A stretch of DNA of 64,000 nt from IMG/VR virus record IMGVR_UViG_3300028833_000126, positions 716 to 64,715 of that record; one strand, 5' to 3'. This stretch comes from a virus (Duplodnaviria > Heunggongvirae > Uroviricota > Caudoviricetes). Within the stretch, counting starts at the first letter, position 1, and every line of letters starts with the position of its first letter. The notes beneath the pieces were generated by a model that was not told where the DNA came from, searched no databases, and worked only from the letters and a program-made list of their open reading frames with translations. This document shows positions 45,829 to 54,154 of this stretch, in pieces. Made by a program: the position numbers and the translations under genes.

Positions 45829-46077
45829 TTATTCCTTTTCAATGTCTTCTTTCTTGCTTGACTCTTCGTCATTCATTGCCGGAAGGATAGGATATAATGC
45901 ATCATATTCTTCCTCGTCATCTATGCCGTAGAGTTCGAGTTCAATCTCGTAACCGCATTTTGGGCACAGAAGTCTATCCTCCAACTTGTCGGCGAACTTC
46001 ATTGTTGCACCGCACTTCGCGCAGATAAACTTGCCTGTCTCAAAAGCAAGCCACCTCTTTTCATTGAAAATGCTCAT
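45829..46077 (-). CDS. zinc-ribbon protein
   Basis: CAKCGATM...CPKCGYEIE. Confidence 0.45.
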   Translation of the reverse strand: MSIFNEKRWLAFETGKFICAKCGATMKFADKLEDRLLCPKCGYEIELELYGIDDEEEYDALYPILPAMNDEESSKKEDIEKE

Positions 46078-46122
46078 GATCTTTCTCCTTTACTATAAAA
46101 TAGTTTCAGAGTCAAGAGCTCT

Positions 46123-46154
46123 TTTCTCCATTAAAAAAGGTGAATTCTACGCGA
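46123..46154 (-). promoter_or_regulatory. conserved promoter-like element, copy 15
   Basis: TCGCGTAGAATTCACCTTTTTTAATGGAGAAAAG. Confidence 0.5.
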
Positions 46155-46171
46155 AAAAGAAAGAGGGGCCG

Positions 46172-46432
46172 TTAAGCTCCCTCAATCGGTTTCTTCCTAT
46201 GCTTCGTTCCCCAGAGAATTCCGATCACTCCAATCACTGTAGTTGCAATACTTGCATACAGGATTCCGTTATTCCTTCCCTGTACGTATGCGTAACCAAG
46301 GAGATCGTCAACTCTGCTGACAAACTTTTCTTTATCGCCAACACTGTTGAGCTTCCCAACTTCGATTACACGATCGACCATAATCTTCACGGTCCCGTCG
46401 CTGTATTCCTCTACGGTAATACCTTTTTCCAT
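46172..46432 (-). CDS. hypothetical protein
   Basis: 86 aa; leader TTTATGGAGGTTCATCATG nearly identical to the leader at 10880. Confidence 0.45.
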   Translation of the reverse strand: MEKGITVEEYSDGTVKIMVDRVIEVGKLNSVGDKEKFVSRVDDLLGYAYVQGRNNGILYASIATTVIGVIGILWGTKHRKKPIEGA

Positions 46433-46460
46433 GATGAACCTCCATAAAAAAATAATTTAG

Positions 46461-46496
46461 GAATTACTCCCATAACACGGCATGGATTCTACGCGA
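46461..46496 (-). promoter_or_regulatory. conserved promoter-like element, copy 16
   Basis: TCGCGTAGAATCCATGCCGTGTTATGGGAGTAATTCC. Confidence 0.5.
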
Positions 46497-46547
46497 AAAA
46501 AGAAAGAGGAAACGCTTGCTAGGCGTAACCCCTTTCTGTGAAATCTC

Positions 46548-46982
46548 TTACTTTTTCCGACCAATGGATCCGATAAGAGATCTTCCGACAGAAGAGCCGA
46601 TCGTGCCAGTCTCTTCGAACTTCAGCACATCTCTCAGCCATCCGCTCGTCCATCTGTTATTCATCAGCGTGACAACAACCGTAGCTGCAACGCCGACACC
46701 CTGAACGATGCACTGAATGATCTGAATGCGTTTCTCAGTCTTGTTCCTCTCGTCCCTGTACACATTTTCGCTTGTCAGCTTATTCTGCTCCAGTTCCTTA
46801 TCGGACTCGACTTTTTCCGCTTCGATTCTCAGTTTGTCCCTCTCGAGTGCGACCTTATGCAACTGCACAAAGTCATCGATAATGTTCTTCGATGTCTCGC
46901 TTCCTGCTGAGGTGGCCGCAAGCTGTTCAAGCTGCTTCTCCATCTCTTCATTCAGAAGTTTCTCAATCTTAGTTGTATCCAT
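46548..46982 (-). CDS. coiled-coil protein with C-terminal TM
   Basis: 144 aa, RBS GAAAGGAGATTAACT. Confidence 0.45.
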   Translation of the reverse strand: MDTTKIEKLLNEEMEKQLEQLAATSAGSETSKNIIDDFVQLHKVALERDKLRIEAEKVESDKELEQNKLTSENVYRDERNKTEKRIQIIQCIVQGVGVAATVVVTLMNNRWTSGWLRDVLKFEETGTIGSSVGRSLIGSIGRKK

Positions 46983-47025
46983 AGTTAATCTCCTTTCAAG
47001 TTTATGGATTTCATTATAACAGATG

Positions 47026-47244
47026 TTATCCTCGCGTCTTCTTTACAAAAAATAAAAGAGCCTCATGATCCTTGAACTTTTCAGGAGGATCATCGAGACT
47101 CAGCAGAAGCTCAGTTGTGCCATCAGGCCACTCTACAACATTAAGTGTACCGGACGGTTCCGAGTGAATGTTAAACCACAGCGTTCCGAGCAACCATCCA
47201 ATAATTAAGCAGCAGATAGCTATTGCCGCAATGATGTATGGCAT
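47026..47244 (-). CDS. small membrane protein
   Basis: 72 aa with a TM helix; preceded by two promoters (the TCGCG class and the TGTGTTATAAT extended -10). Confidence 0.45.
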   Translation of the reverse strand: MPYIIAAIAICCLIIGWLLGTLWFNIHSEPSGTLNVVEWPDGTTELLLSLDDPPEKFKDHEALLFFVKKTRG

Positions 47245-47290
47245 ATCATGTCTCCTTTCCTAAATTGCCATGCTACATTATAACACAGAT

Positions 47291-47310
47291 GCAAATCACC
47301 TGCGTGCCTA
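47291..47310 (+). promoter_or_regulatory. ATCACCTGCGTGCC element, copy A, adjacent to an extended -10 (TGTGTTATAAT on the minus strand)
   Basis: aaatcacctgcgtgcctaa; minus strand reads TTAGGCACGCAGGTGATTTGCATCTGTGTTATAATG. Confidence 0.45.
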
Positions 47311-47341
47311 AAATATAAAAGAGGAATAACATTTTCATACC

Positions 47342-47371
47342 CCTCTCATTAAATAGAATGTTTTCTACGCG
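47342..47371 (-). promoter_or_regulatory. conserved promoter-like element, copy 17
   Basis: TCGCGTAGAAAACATTCTATTTAATGAGAGGG. Confidence 0.5.
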
Positions 47372-47386
47372 AAAAAAAAAAGAAAA

Positions 47387-47403
47387 GACGCTTATTCAGC
47401 GTC
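47387..47403 (-). terminator. hairpin terminator (GACGC-TTATTCA-GCGTC)
   Basis: Followed by TTTTCTTTTTTTTTTCGCGTAGAA, leading directly into a promoter. Confidence 0.5.
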
Positions 47404-47607
47404 CGTTCTCTTGGTCTTCTTCCAATTAGGGAATTTTGTCTTCATGATTTGCTCGTGATAAAATCTCACTGGGCATCGGTCACAGTCAAGCCGAACATTC
47501 CTCATGCAACAAATTGCGCATGACTTCTCAAACATCTTAATTGCCTGAGGAGCGTTCGTTGCCATGTCCTGATACTCCATAGATTTCGCTACAAAGTTTG
47601 AATACAT
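47392..47607 (-). CDS. small Cys-containing protein
   Basis: Trimmed to MYSNFVAKSM preceded by AAAAGGAGATTTGAAATT; CAICCM...CDRCP. Confidence 0.4.
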   Translation of the reverse strand: MYSNFVAKSMEYQDMATNAPQAIKMFEKSCAICCMRNVRLDCDRCPVRFYHEQIMKTKFPNWKKTKRTDAE

Positions 47608-47627
47608 AATTTCAAATCTCCTTTTCT

Positions 47628-47663
47628 GGATTGTCTCCATTAAGAGAGATGAAATTATCGCGA
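47628..47663 (-). promoter_or_regulatory. conserved promoter-like element, copy 18
   Basis: AATCGCGATAATTTCATCTCTCTTAATGGAGACAATCC. Confidence 0.5.
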
Positions 47664-47689
47664 TTAGAATATCCATTAGCTTATCGGGG

Positions 47690-47945
47690 TTCTCTTATCA
47701 ATTTTAGTAAATTTTTAGTAAAATGCTTGTTTCTTTGGATTAAAATATCTGTAAAACGGCTTTATCATTGGTTTTCTAATATTTTTCTTATGATTTCTGA
47801 CGGAAATCCTACACTGCATAAACTCAGTACCAATAAATACGCCAAACCTCAACAATCTCAACACTAAACGCATTCCAATATCTTCTCGTAATCTATCATA
47901 TCTTCTCGCAATTTACTAAAATTTTTAGTACAAATTTTAGTACGA
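47690..47945. other. candidate attP region: arm-type direct repeats flanking an approximately 200-bp core region, adjacent to int
   Basis: TTTTAGTAAA x2 (47703-47724), ATATCTTCTCG(T/C)AAT x2 (47878-47913), TTTTAGTAC x2 (47925-47945); non-coding. Confidence 0.4.
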
Positions 47946-49213
47946 TCAGATAACCTTTCCCTCCAAATTTCTGAATGACCTGATCTTTGCCTCATTCGTT
48001 GCCTCAGCGTAAATATTCAAAGTTATCGAAATATCAGAATGACCCATCACTTCTTGAATCACCTTTACGTTACTTTCGTTCTCGCACATTCTGGTACAGA
48101 ACGTATGCCTGAGATCATGAGCGCTCAAAAGCGGAAGAAGAACCGGATCCCGATGTTCTCTTTGAGCTCGTTCTATCTCTTCATCGTTGCACTTTTCTGC
48201 AAGCATCTTTAAAGCAACAGTTACGCTCCCTTCGTCGAGACATTTGCCAGTCCTTCTCACAAATATAAAACCGCTGCAATCATCGACTGTTTCGCTCCTT
48301 ATTCTCATGCGATCCTGTAAATACTTCTCTTCAAGCAGTACTTCCATAACAGATTGAAACATCGGAATCGTTCTTATACCACTTGATGACTTTGGAGCAG
48401 CGATGTGCTCTCTGTACTTATCCTCGCCACTTGCTCTATAATATACGAGCTGCCGATTGATATAGATGAGCCTATTTGTAAAGTCGCAGTCGTCCCATGT
48501 GAGCGCTCGTGCTTCCCCGATTCTGCAACCAGTACCAAGCAAGAAAACGATCAGACGATACCATTTGCGATACTTCTGATGCTCTCTTAAGTATTCCAAA
48601 AATATCTTTTGCTGTTCTTCGGTTAAAGCTTTATCCTCAGCTCTTTCGATACTTTTTCGATTCTTAAACACTGTGGACATGACCCCATCAACTGGATTTG
48701 ATCGTATGAGATTGTCTCTCACGGCAATATTAAAAAGAGGATGCAAAATTAGATTCACATTTCTAATCGTTCCTTGCGACAGTTTGTCTTTGTCGACCAT
48801 TTTGGTGTACAGTTTTAAAATATCACTGTAGTGAATCGAGCCGACACTTCTTTTTCCGAGAGTATTTTCAACGTACCAAGACCAGATCTTTCTGTAATGC
48901 ACTCTTGTCTGCTCTCGAAGATCCGTTTTTGTCTTCATATACTCGTCAAAGTATTGATTCAAAGTAACCTTATCCGCGTCGTAAATGTTAATCTCATCCA
49001 CATCTGCTCGCAATGCTTTCATTTCCATATCCCTGAGACAAATATCACAGGACTTGCCTTCTGGAACTGAGTCAGTTGCCACGAGTTTCCAGCTATAAAG
49101 CCATCGATCAATTCCGTTATGGTCCTTATACTTATAGGCATACCTCCCATCAGATCTTTGATACTCGCCTTTTCTCAGTTTTCTGTTCTTTGAATCTCTT
49201 CTGTCTGCCATTT
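47946..49213 (-). CDS. int: tyrosine site-specific integrase
   Basis: Catalytic signature TGCRIGEARAL (box I Arg), LLSAHDLRHTFCTRM (H-x-x-R), VMGHSDISITLNIYAE (Tyr); trimmed to MADRRDSKN preceded by AAAAGGAG. Confidence 0.85.
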
Positions 49214-49297
49214 TGAACTCCTTTTTAGTAAACAGAAAAGAGACCCTGATAAGCATAATCATTATACTATATCAGAGTCTCCCCTGTCAACGATTTA

Positions 49298-49504
49298 CTA
49301 TAAATTATATACTCGATCAAGCCATTTCTCAAACAGTACTCGCTTGATCCTGACTTGCGATCCAACTCTCAGAACCCACTCAAGTGTCCGGTCTTCCTCA
49401 ATGATCTTGCGCAGTCTTCCTTCTCCAATCAGGGAATATCCAGCAGCCTCTTCAATGGTCATCGAGTACCGTTGCTCTGGGCTCAGTTGTGATTTCTTTG
49501 GCAT
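49298..49504 (-). CDS. xis: excisionase/AlpA-like HTH protein
   Basis: MTIEEAAGYSLIGEGRLRKII resembles the phage excisionase MerR-type HTH; immediately upstream of int. Confidence 0.5.
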   Translation of the reverse strand: MPKKSQLSPEQRYSMTIEEAAGYSLIGEGRLRKIIEEDRTLEWVLRVGSQVRIKRVLFEKWLDRVYNL

Positions 49505-49561
49505 GTGATCTCTCCTTTCTGATGCCTCATTGTTATGTGCAAAAAAAAAGAAGAGGCCATG

Positions 49562-49807
49562 TTAGACCTCATCTTTACTTGAAGCAAATCTTTCATCATT
49601 ACTTTTAATTGGCTTATTAAACCAGTCATATCCATAAACGCTTCCAAGTTGCAAATATGCCGGAGGATCGATCTGCAATTCATCATAAACTATTAACAGC
49701 GCATCTCTTTCTGTAAGATAGCCGTCATTTGCTAAGATTTCTTCGCATCTTTCCTTCGCTCTCCTCATTGCTCCCTCTAGCTTCATTTCATACTCTTCGG
49801 TTGTCAT
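49562..49807 (-). CDS. hypothetical protein
   Basis: 81 aa, RBS TAGGAGGTTAGT. Confidence 0.45.
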   Translation of the reverse strand: MTTEEYEMKLEGAMRRAKERCEEILANDGYLTERDALLIVYDELQIDPPAYLQLGSVYGYDWFNKPIKSNDERFASSKDEV

Positions 49808-49837
49808 ACTAACCTCCTAAATAGATTTTATATATGC

Positions 49838-49865
49838 TTCATTATACAACAAGTTTTCTACGCGA
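49838..49865 (-). promoter_or_regulatory. conserved promoter-like element, copy 19
   Basis: TCGCGTAGAAAACTTGTTGTATAATGAAGC. Confidence 0.5.
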
Positions 49866-49883
49866 AAAATAAAAAGAGAATGA

Positions 49884-49906
49884 TAGCCCAGCGATTTGCC
49901 GGGCTA
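49884..49906 (-). terminator. hairpin terminator (TAGCCCGGC-AAATC-GCTGGGCTA)
   Basis: Followed by TCATTCTCTTTTTATTTTTCGCGTAGAA. Confidence 0.5.
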
Positions 49907-49971
49907 CCACTCTCAAATATCATATCTCAACTGTCATCTTTTTATCTATCTTTTCAGATAAAATTATAACA

Positions 49972-49995
49972 CAAAACCAGATCACCTGCGTACCC
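49972..49995 (+). promoter_or_regulatory. ATCACCTGCGTGCC element, copy B, with extended -10
   Basis: cagatcacctgcgtaccctaatt; minus strand reads TTAGGGTACGCAGGTGATCTGGTTTTGTGTTATAATTTT. Confidence 0.45.
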
Positions 49996-49998
49996 TAA

Positions 49999-50409
49999 TT
50001 ACGATCCACTCGAAAGAATTGCAGTGTTCTCAAGAGCAGTAACTCTTGTCTGCAACGCTGTGAGCTGAGTAACAAGATTGTCAAGAGTAGCTTTATCTGT
50101 TGCGCTCATAAGACCAGCAGCAGAAGATGTTGCAACAGCATTTGGAATCTTTACCGTATGGTCAGCGAATACCGTCAAGTGGCCTGTTGCATTCACAGTT
50201 CCAGAAGGCACCTTAAATGTTCCACCCCAAGTTGGAGTCTGATTCGTGGTATCGCCTTTAGCAGCTGCTGTGACACCACTATTTGCGTGACTGATTGCTG
50301 TGCCATTTACTACGATCGGAGACGTACCAGATATGGAGTGTACAGCAGATGCGTCTTTTAGATTATATGTTTGCCCATCAAGAAGGGTGACCTTTCGAAT
50401 ATCTGCCAT
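49999..50409 (-). CDS. tail fibre-like protein (short)
   Basis: N-terminal MADIRKVTLLDGQTYNLKDASA is paralogous to the N-terminus of the 50431 gene; AGLMSATDKATLD matches the phage tail-fibre repeat motif. Confidence 0.5.
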   Translation of the reverse strand: MADIRKVTLLDGQTYNLKDASAVHSISGTSPIVVNGTAISHANSGVTAAAKGDTTNQTPTWGGTFKVPSGTVNATGHLTVFADHTVKIPNAVATSSAAGLMSATDKATLDNLVTQLTALQTRVTALENTAILSSGS

Positions 50410-50430
50410 GTAAGGCCTCCTTCCTTAGAC

Positions 50431-51390
50431 TTAAGAAACAGTAACTGCCTTCTGAGTACCCGTGAATGTAGGCTGAGAAACAGAACCATTCGGCGTGCCG
50501 GATGCACTAACATCTCCTTCATCACCAGTGAAGGTGGGCTGAGACACATTACCGGCAGGAGTGAACTTACCAGTAGACGTGGTGCTGGAACCTGTAAACT
50601 TCAACTCCGCCCCAGTGCCAGTAAATGACGGCTGACTAGAGGATGCGGACTTGATGCCAGTTGCGATTGTCTGTGAAGAGAACGAAGGAAGTGTTACAGC
50701 AGTCGGAGTATTTGCAGTGAAGCTGCCAGCCGACCAGCCAAGAATAAGCGTCTCGTTTTCAACAGTGGTTGTGAGTACCGGGAGCGTACAAGCAGCAGCA
50801 GACCCGGCAGTTACAGATCCGCCACCAGTCGCAGAAGATGCAACATACTTCGACACCGTATTCGGCGTAACAGTGATCGTAGGCGTGCTGACAGATCCTT
50901 CAGGCGTATAGTTTGCAGTACCCGTGCCCTTGCTGATCGTACCGGACGGAACACCTGTTACAGACACATTACCTTCAGTTCCAGTAAATGACGGTTTCGA
51001 AACAGTACCTTCAGGCGTGAACTTTCCAGTAAATGTGCTCGAACTTCCAGTAAAAGCGGGTTTAGAGACTGTTCCCTCAGGTGTATAGTTCCCCGTGGCT
51101 TCATCTTTATAAGCAAGATCGCCAAGATTACTTGCGTCGCCGAACTCATGCCACTTAGAATCTTTATCTGAGTAAATGAATTCCCCATTGCCATATATAG
51201 CGATGCCGCCATTAATTGCGCTGATCGACTTGCCATCAATAATGATAGTCTGTGTAGTTGCGCCATCAGTAAGAGGCGTGGTTGTTACGCCAAGGAATGA
51301 TGTGCCACTTACAATCGCAGCCCGAGCGGTTTCATCTTTGAAGTCGTATGTTGTACCTGTAGGGAGTGTAATCCTTGCTAATTCAGGCAT
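50431..51390 (-). CDS. tail fibre/structural protein with short tandem peptide repeats
   Basis: N-terminal MPELARITLPTGTTYDFKDETAR; repeated FTPEGTVSKPSFTG / NYTPEGSVSTP units; Ser/Thr/Gly-rich. Confidence 0.5.
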   Translation of the reverse strand: MPELARITLPTGTTYDFKDETARAAIVSGTSFLGVTTTPLTDGATTQTIIIDGKSISAINGGIAIYGNGEFIYSDKDSKWHEFGDASNLGDLAYKDEATGNYTPEGTVSKPAFTGSSSTFTGKFTPEGTVSKPSFTGTEGNVSVTGVPSGTISKGTGTANYTPEGSVSTPTITVTPNTVSKYVASSATGGGSVTAGSAAACTLPVLTTTVENETLILGWSAGSFTANTPTAVTLPSFSSQTIATGIKSASSSQPSFTGTGAELKFTGSSTTSTGKFTPAGNVSQPTFTGDEGDVSASGTPNGSVSQPTFTGTQKAVTVS

Positions 51391-51405
51391 GATAAATATC
51401 CTCCT

Positions 51406-51930
51406 CTAGAGTCTTGTAAGTATTAGTGTTTCACCATTGACATCGTAATTGAGCTTATTGTCCCAGAAATCACGATCCTGCTGAGTAACATGGACTACAG
51501 CATCATTCTCGTGCTCCTGTAGTCTGCGAAGAAGCAAATATCTCGTATCATCTCCAACAAATGGCATATCGATAAGATAGGAATTGCCGTCACCGATCTT
51601 AATTCCTGGATATGTGACATCATTTCCCATGTCATCCTGAATCGTCATGTAGTCGGTGTAAATGCAGATCTCTCCAGCTTTAGGAAGATACTGGGGATTG
51701 CTATTCCATCCAGCCGTCGTATTCTCGCTGACAATCTGCAAGTCCTGAGTCGACATATTGCCTGACAGCGTGACTCCATTAATGGACGGCTTGTTTGTGA
51801 GGGCATTGTAGTCACTCACACCAATCACTTTCGGAAGTGAGATTGTACCTCTCATGCCTCCATTTTGAAGTTTGCCACTGATGGAACCAGAGTTCAACTT
51901 GCCAGAGACAACAATTTTAGAGTCAGCCAT
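51406..51930 (-). CDS. tail fibre-like protein
   Basis: Trimmed to MADSKIVVSG preceded by GAGGAGG; DYNALTNKPSINGVTLSGN matches a common Gram-positive phage fibre motif. Confidence 0.45.
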   Translation of the reverse strand: MADSKIVVSGKLNSGSISGKLQNGGMRGTISLPKVIGVSDYNALTNKPSINGVTLSGNMSTQDLQIVSENTTAGWNSNPQYLPKAGEICIYTDYMTIQDDMGNDVTYPGIKIGDGNSYLIDMPFVGDDTRYLLLRRLQEHENDAVVHVTQQDRDFWDNKLNYDVNGETLILTRL

Positions 51931-51931
51931 A

Positions 51932-52279
51932 TTACAGGACCTCCTCAAGGACAAGGAAATCTGCTCTGGGAATGAAAGTGTCGACCCACCCGTCGGCTCT
52001 TGTCAATTCGATGTCATACTTATAGCGTCCACGTATAGGACCGGATTCAAGCTGCTTTGTGTCCTCGGACCGAATTCTCAGAATCATTGTTGAGATTGGA
52101 ATGTCGATAACAAGAAGCGGCTCGCTATCCGTATAATTCTTTTTTAATGCAAATCTGACCGAATCACCTTCAGCGGGCTCATAGATGCTGCCATCGGAGT
52201 CTATGATCTGAACTTCAATAGCAGCATCGTCACCTCTTGTGATGGTGATCGTAGTTCCTTTTACGTCTACCATCGGCAA
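51932..52279 (-). CDS. hypothetical protein (tail-associated?)
   Basis: 115-aa ORF between the fibre and holin genes. Confidence 0.4.
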   Translation of the reverse strand: MPMVDVKGTTITITRGDDAAIEVQIIDSDGSIYEPAEGDSVRFALKKNYTDSEPLLVIDIPISTMILRIRSEDTKQLESGPIRGRYKYDIELTRADGWVDTFIPRADFLVLEEVL

Positions 52280-52289
52280 TTCCTCACTT

Positions 52290-52538
52290 TCAATAGTAAA
52301 CAGTCTTATCTTCTGTCTGCTCTGTTTCAGTAATTACTTCCGGCTTCTTTGCTGCGGCTGCATCAACCATTGCCTCACCAAAAATATAACTGAGAGCAGA
52401 GATAGCACTCGTCACTGCGCCAGCAATCTGAGTGATTTCAGAGCTATCAGCCCCAAAAGAAATCGCAAGACCGACAATCACGCCAACAACAGCAATGAGA
52501 AATTTGCGGGACAAGAACTTTTTAACATCAAACTTCAT
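52290..52538 (-). CDS. holin-like small membrane protein
   Basis: 82 aa, two TM helices and a charged C-terminus; adjacent to the endolysin. Confidence 0.5.
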   Translation of the reverse strand: MKFDVKKFLSRKFLIAVVGVIVGLAISFGADSSEITQIAGAVTSAISALSYIFGEAMVDAAAAKKPEVITETEQTEDKTVYY

Positions 52539-52554
52539 AGGTCGAATCCTCCTT

Positions 52555-52902
52555 TCATTTCAGATCGTCGTCCGTCCTACAGACTAAAATGTCTTCACCA
52601 ATTCCTTCACCGGTCATATCTTCCTTGCCGAGAACCTCTTGGTCATAGTTTGGATTATAGCCCTGCTTGACCTTTTCTTTGTTGAGGTAAATATTAGGGA
52701 TCACATAAGAAGGAATACCGCATGTCAGAGGAACGGCGAGATAAATATAAAAAGCGTCCATAGTAGCCATCTCAGGAGAAACAATGAGCCGAATAAACTC
52801 GTAAATTGCTCCGATAATGGCTCCAAACGCCCAAGCGATAAGCAAGAAAGTAATCAGTCGTTTCGAGTACTGCCTTGCCCAGAGTACAGTATCTTTCTTC
52901 AT
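52555..52902 (-). CDS. holin-like membrane protein
   Basis: 115 aa, 2-3 TM helices; start overlaps the endolysin stop. Confidence 0.45.
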   Translation of the reverse strand: MKKDTVLWARQYSKRLITFLLIAWAFGAIIGAIYEFIRLIVSPEMATMDAFYIYLAVPLTCGIPSYVIPNIYLNKEKVKQGYNPNYDQEVLGKEDMTGEGIGEDILVCRTDDDLK

Positions 52903-54128
52903 CCGAACACCACCAAGTTATTGACTTCTCTATCACCCCAGATAATCGGAGCCTTGCCGTTATACTTGTAGTAGTAAGACCCACCGCCATCTAAAGCAAT
53001 GAGATCGTCAAATTCAAAGTCTTTGAGCTTCTCGTAAACCTCAGACTTTGCTACAAAGTTGGTAGTCTTCGAAGTACCGGTCACGATCCAGATAGAGCTG
53101 CCTTTAAGGCCAATGAAGTTGCGAGAGGTTGCGTAGAATGGAGATGTATCCCAACCCTGAGGAAGGACAAAGTTATTATAGCTCACATCCACTTTCTTGC
53201 GAATAACGGGAATGCCGGAGATTGCATACCGCGCTGTCTCAGGAACAGATTCGAGCTCATCAATGTAAGGCGTTCCGTTTGTTGGGAGAACAAGCGTCGA
53301 GACTTTCTTACCATGGAACTGGAGCGAGGCATTATCGTTCGTGTTATAGCGAAGCTTGATGCCTTTCACATAGTTCTTGAGATGGTTCTGCGCAACAGGC
53401 TTGACATCGGCAAGAGAAATATCACAGATAAGATTACCGACAGGGAGGGTGAAAGCAACACCGCTCTCTTTATACGGTGCCCAGAAGCCGGCATTAATGT
53501 AGGAATTAGCAGAGTACTTCTTCTTGCTCTTATCCCAATACTTGATCGAGAAGTCATTTGCTCTCACAAGTGTGTAGCCATTCATCTCGACATAAGTTGC
53601 CTCAGTAACGGTCTTCTTTTTCTTGATGCCGGCCAGCTCCTGACGCTTATCTTCTACCATGTCTACAAACCGAGCCCAGCCCATGTCAAGCGTTCGATGA
53701 GGACAGTATTTCGGAATGGTTGGGTAATCCTGATGCTTCGTGATCTTATCGATACCCCAGCCAAAATCGAGAAGAAGCTGAGCAGCGAGTTCTGCCGCAT
53801 TCTGTTCTGCCTTGATAAATCTAGGGCCGCCAGACTTCGAGTAGCAGATCTCAATTGCAATTCCCTGTCTGTTGCCGACACCATCGGGACCATCGCCAGC
53901 ATGCCAAGCATTACGCCAGAGATCAATTCCCTGTACGGCCATCTTGTCGTCAACAGCATAGTGGAACGATACCTCTCTCGTATTTGACTGCATGTACTTG
54001 ATCTCATTCAGAGCGGATGCATCATTGGCCGTATTATGGATCACGATTCTTGTCGGATTCATCAGATACGGGCATTTGTAAGGTACTTTATCGCTCGGCA
54101 TCGGCATTTTCTTAATTGTCAGAGACAT
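52899..54128 (-). CDS. endolysin: N-acetylmuramoyl-L-alanine amidase (Amidase_2/PGRP) with a C-terminal cell-wall-binding region
   Basis: IVIHNTANDASA...EVSFHYAVDD...WHAGDG...NRQGIAIEIC...CPHR matches Amidase_2 zinc-amidase motifs; trimmed to MSLTIKKM preceded by AAAGGAGG. Confidence 0.8.
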   Translation of the reverse strand: MSLTIKKMPMPSDKVPYKCPYLMNPTRIVIHNTANDASALNEIKYMQSNTREVSFHYAVDDKMAVQGIDLWRNAWHAGDGPDGVGNRQGIAIEICYSKSGGPRFIKAEQNAAELAAQLLLDFGWGIDKITKHQDYPTIPKYCPHRTLDMGWARFVDMVEDKRQELAGIKKKKTVTEATYVEMNGYTLVRANDFSIKYWDKSKKKYSANSYINAGFWAPYKESGVAFTLPVGNLICDISLADVKPVAQNHLKNYVKGIKLRYNTNDNASLQFHGKKVSTLVLPTNGTPYIDELESVPETARYAISGIPVIRKKVDVSYNNFVLPQGWDTSPFYATSRNFIGLKGSSIWIVTGTSKTTNFVAKSEVYEKLKDFEFDDLIALDGGGSYYYKYNGKAPIIWGDREVNNLVVFG

Positions 54129-54154
54129 ATATTTGCCTCCTTTCTTGGAAAATA

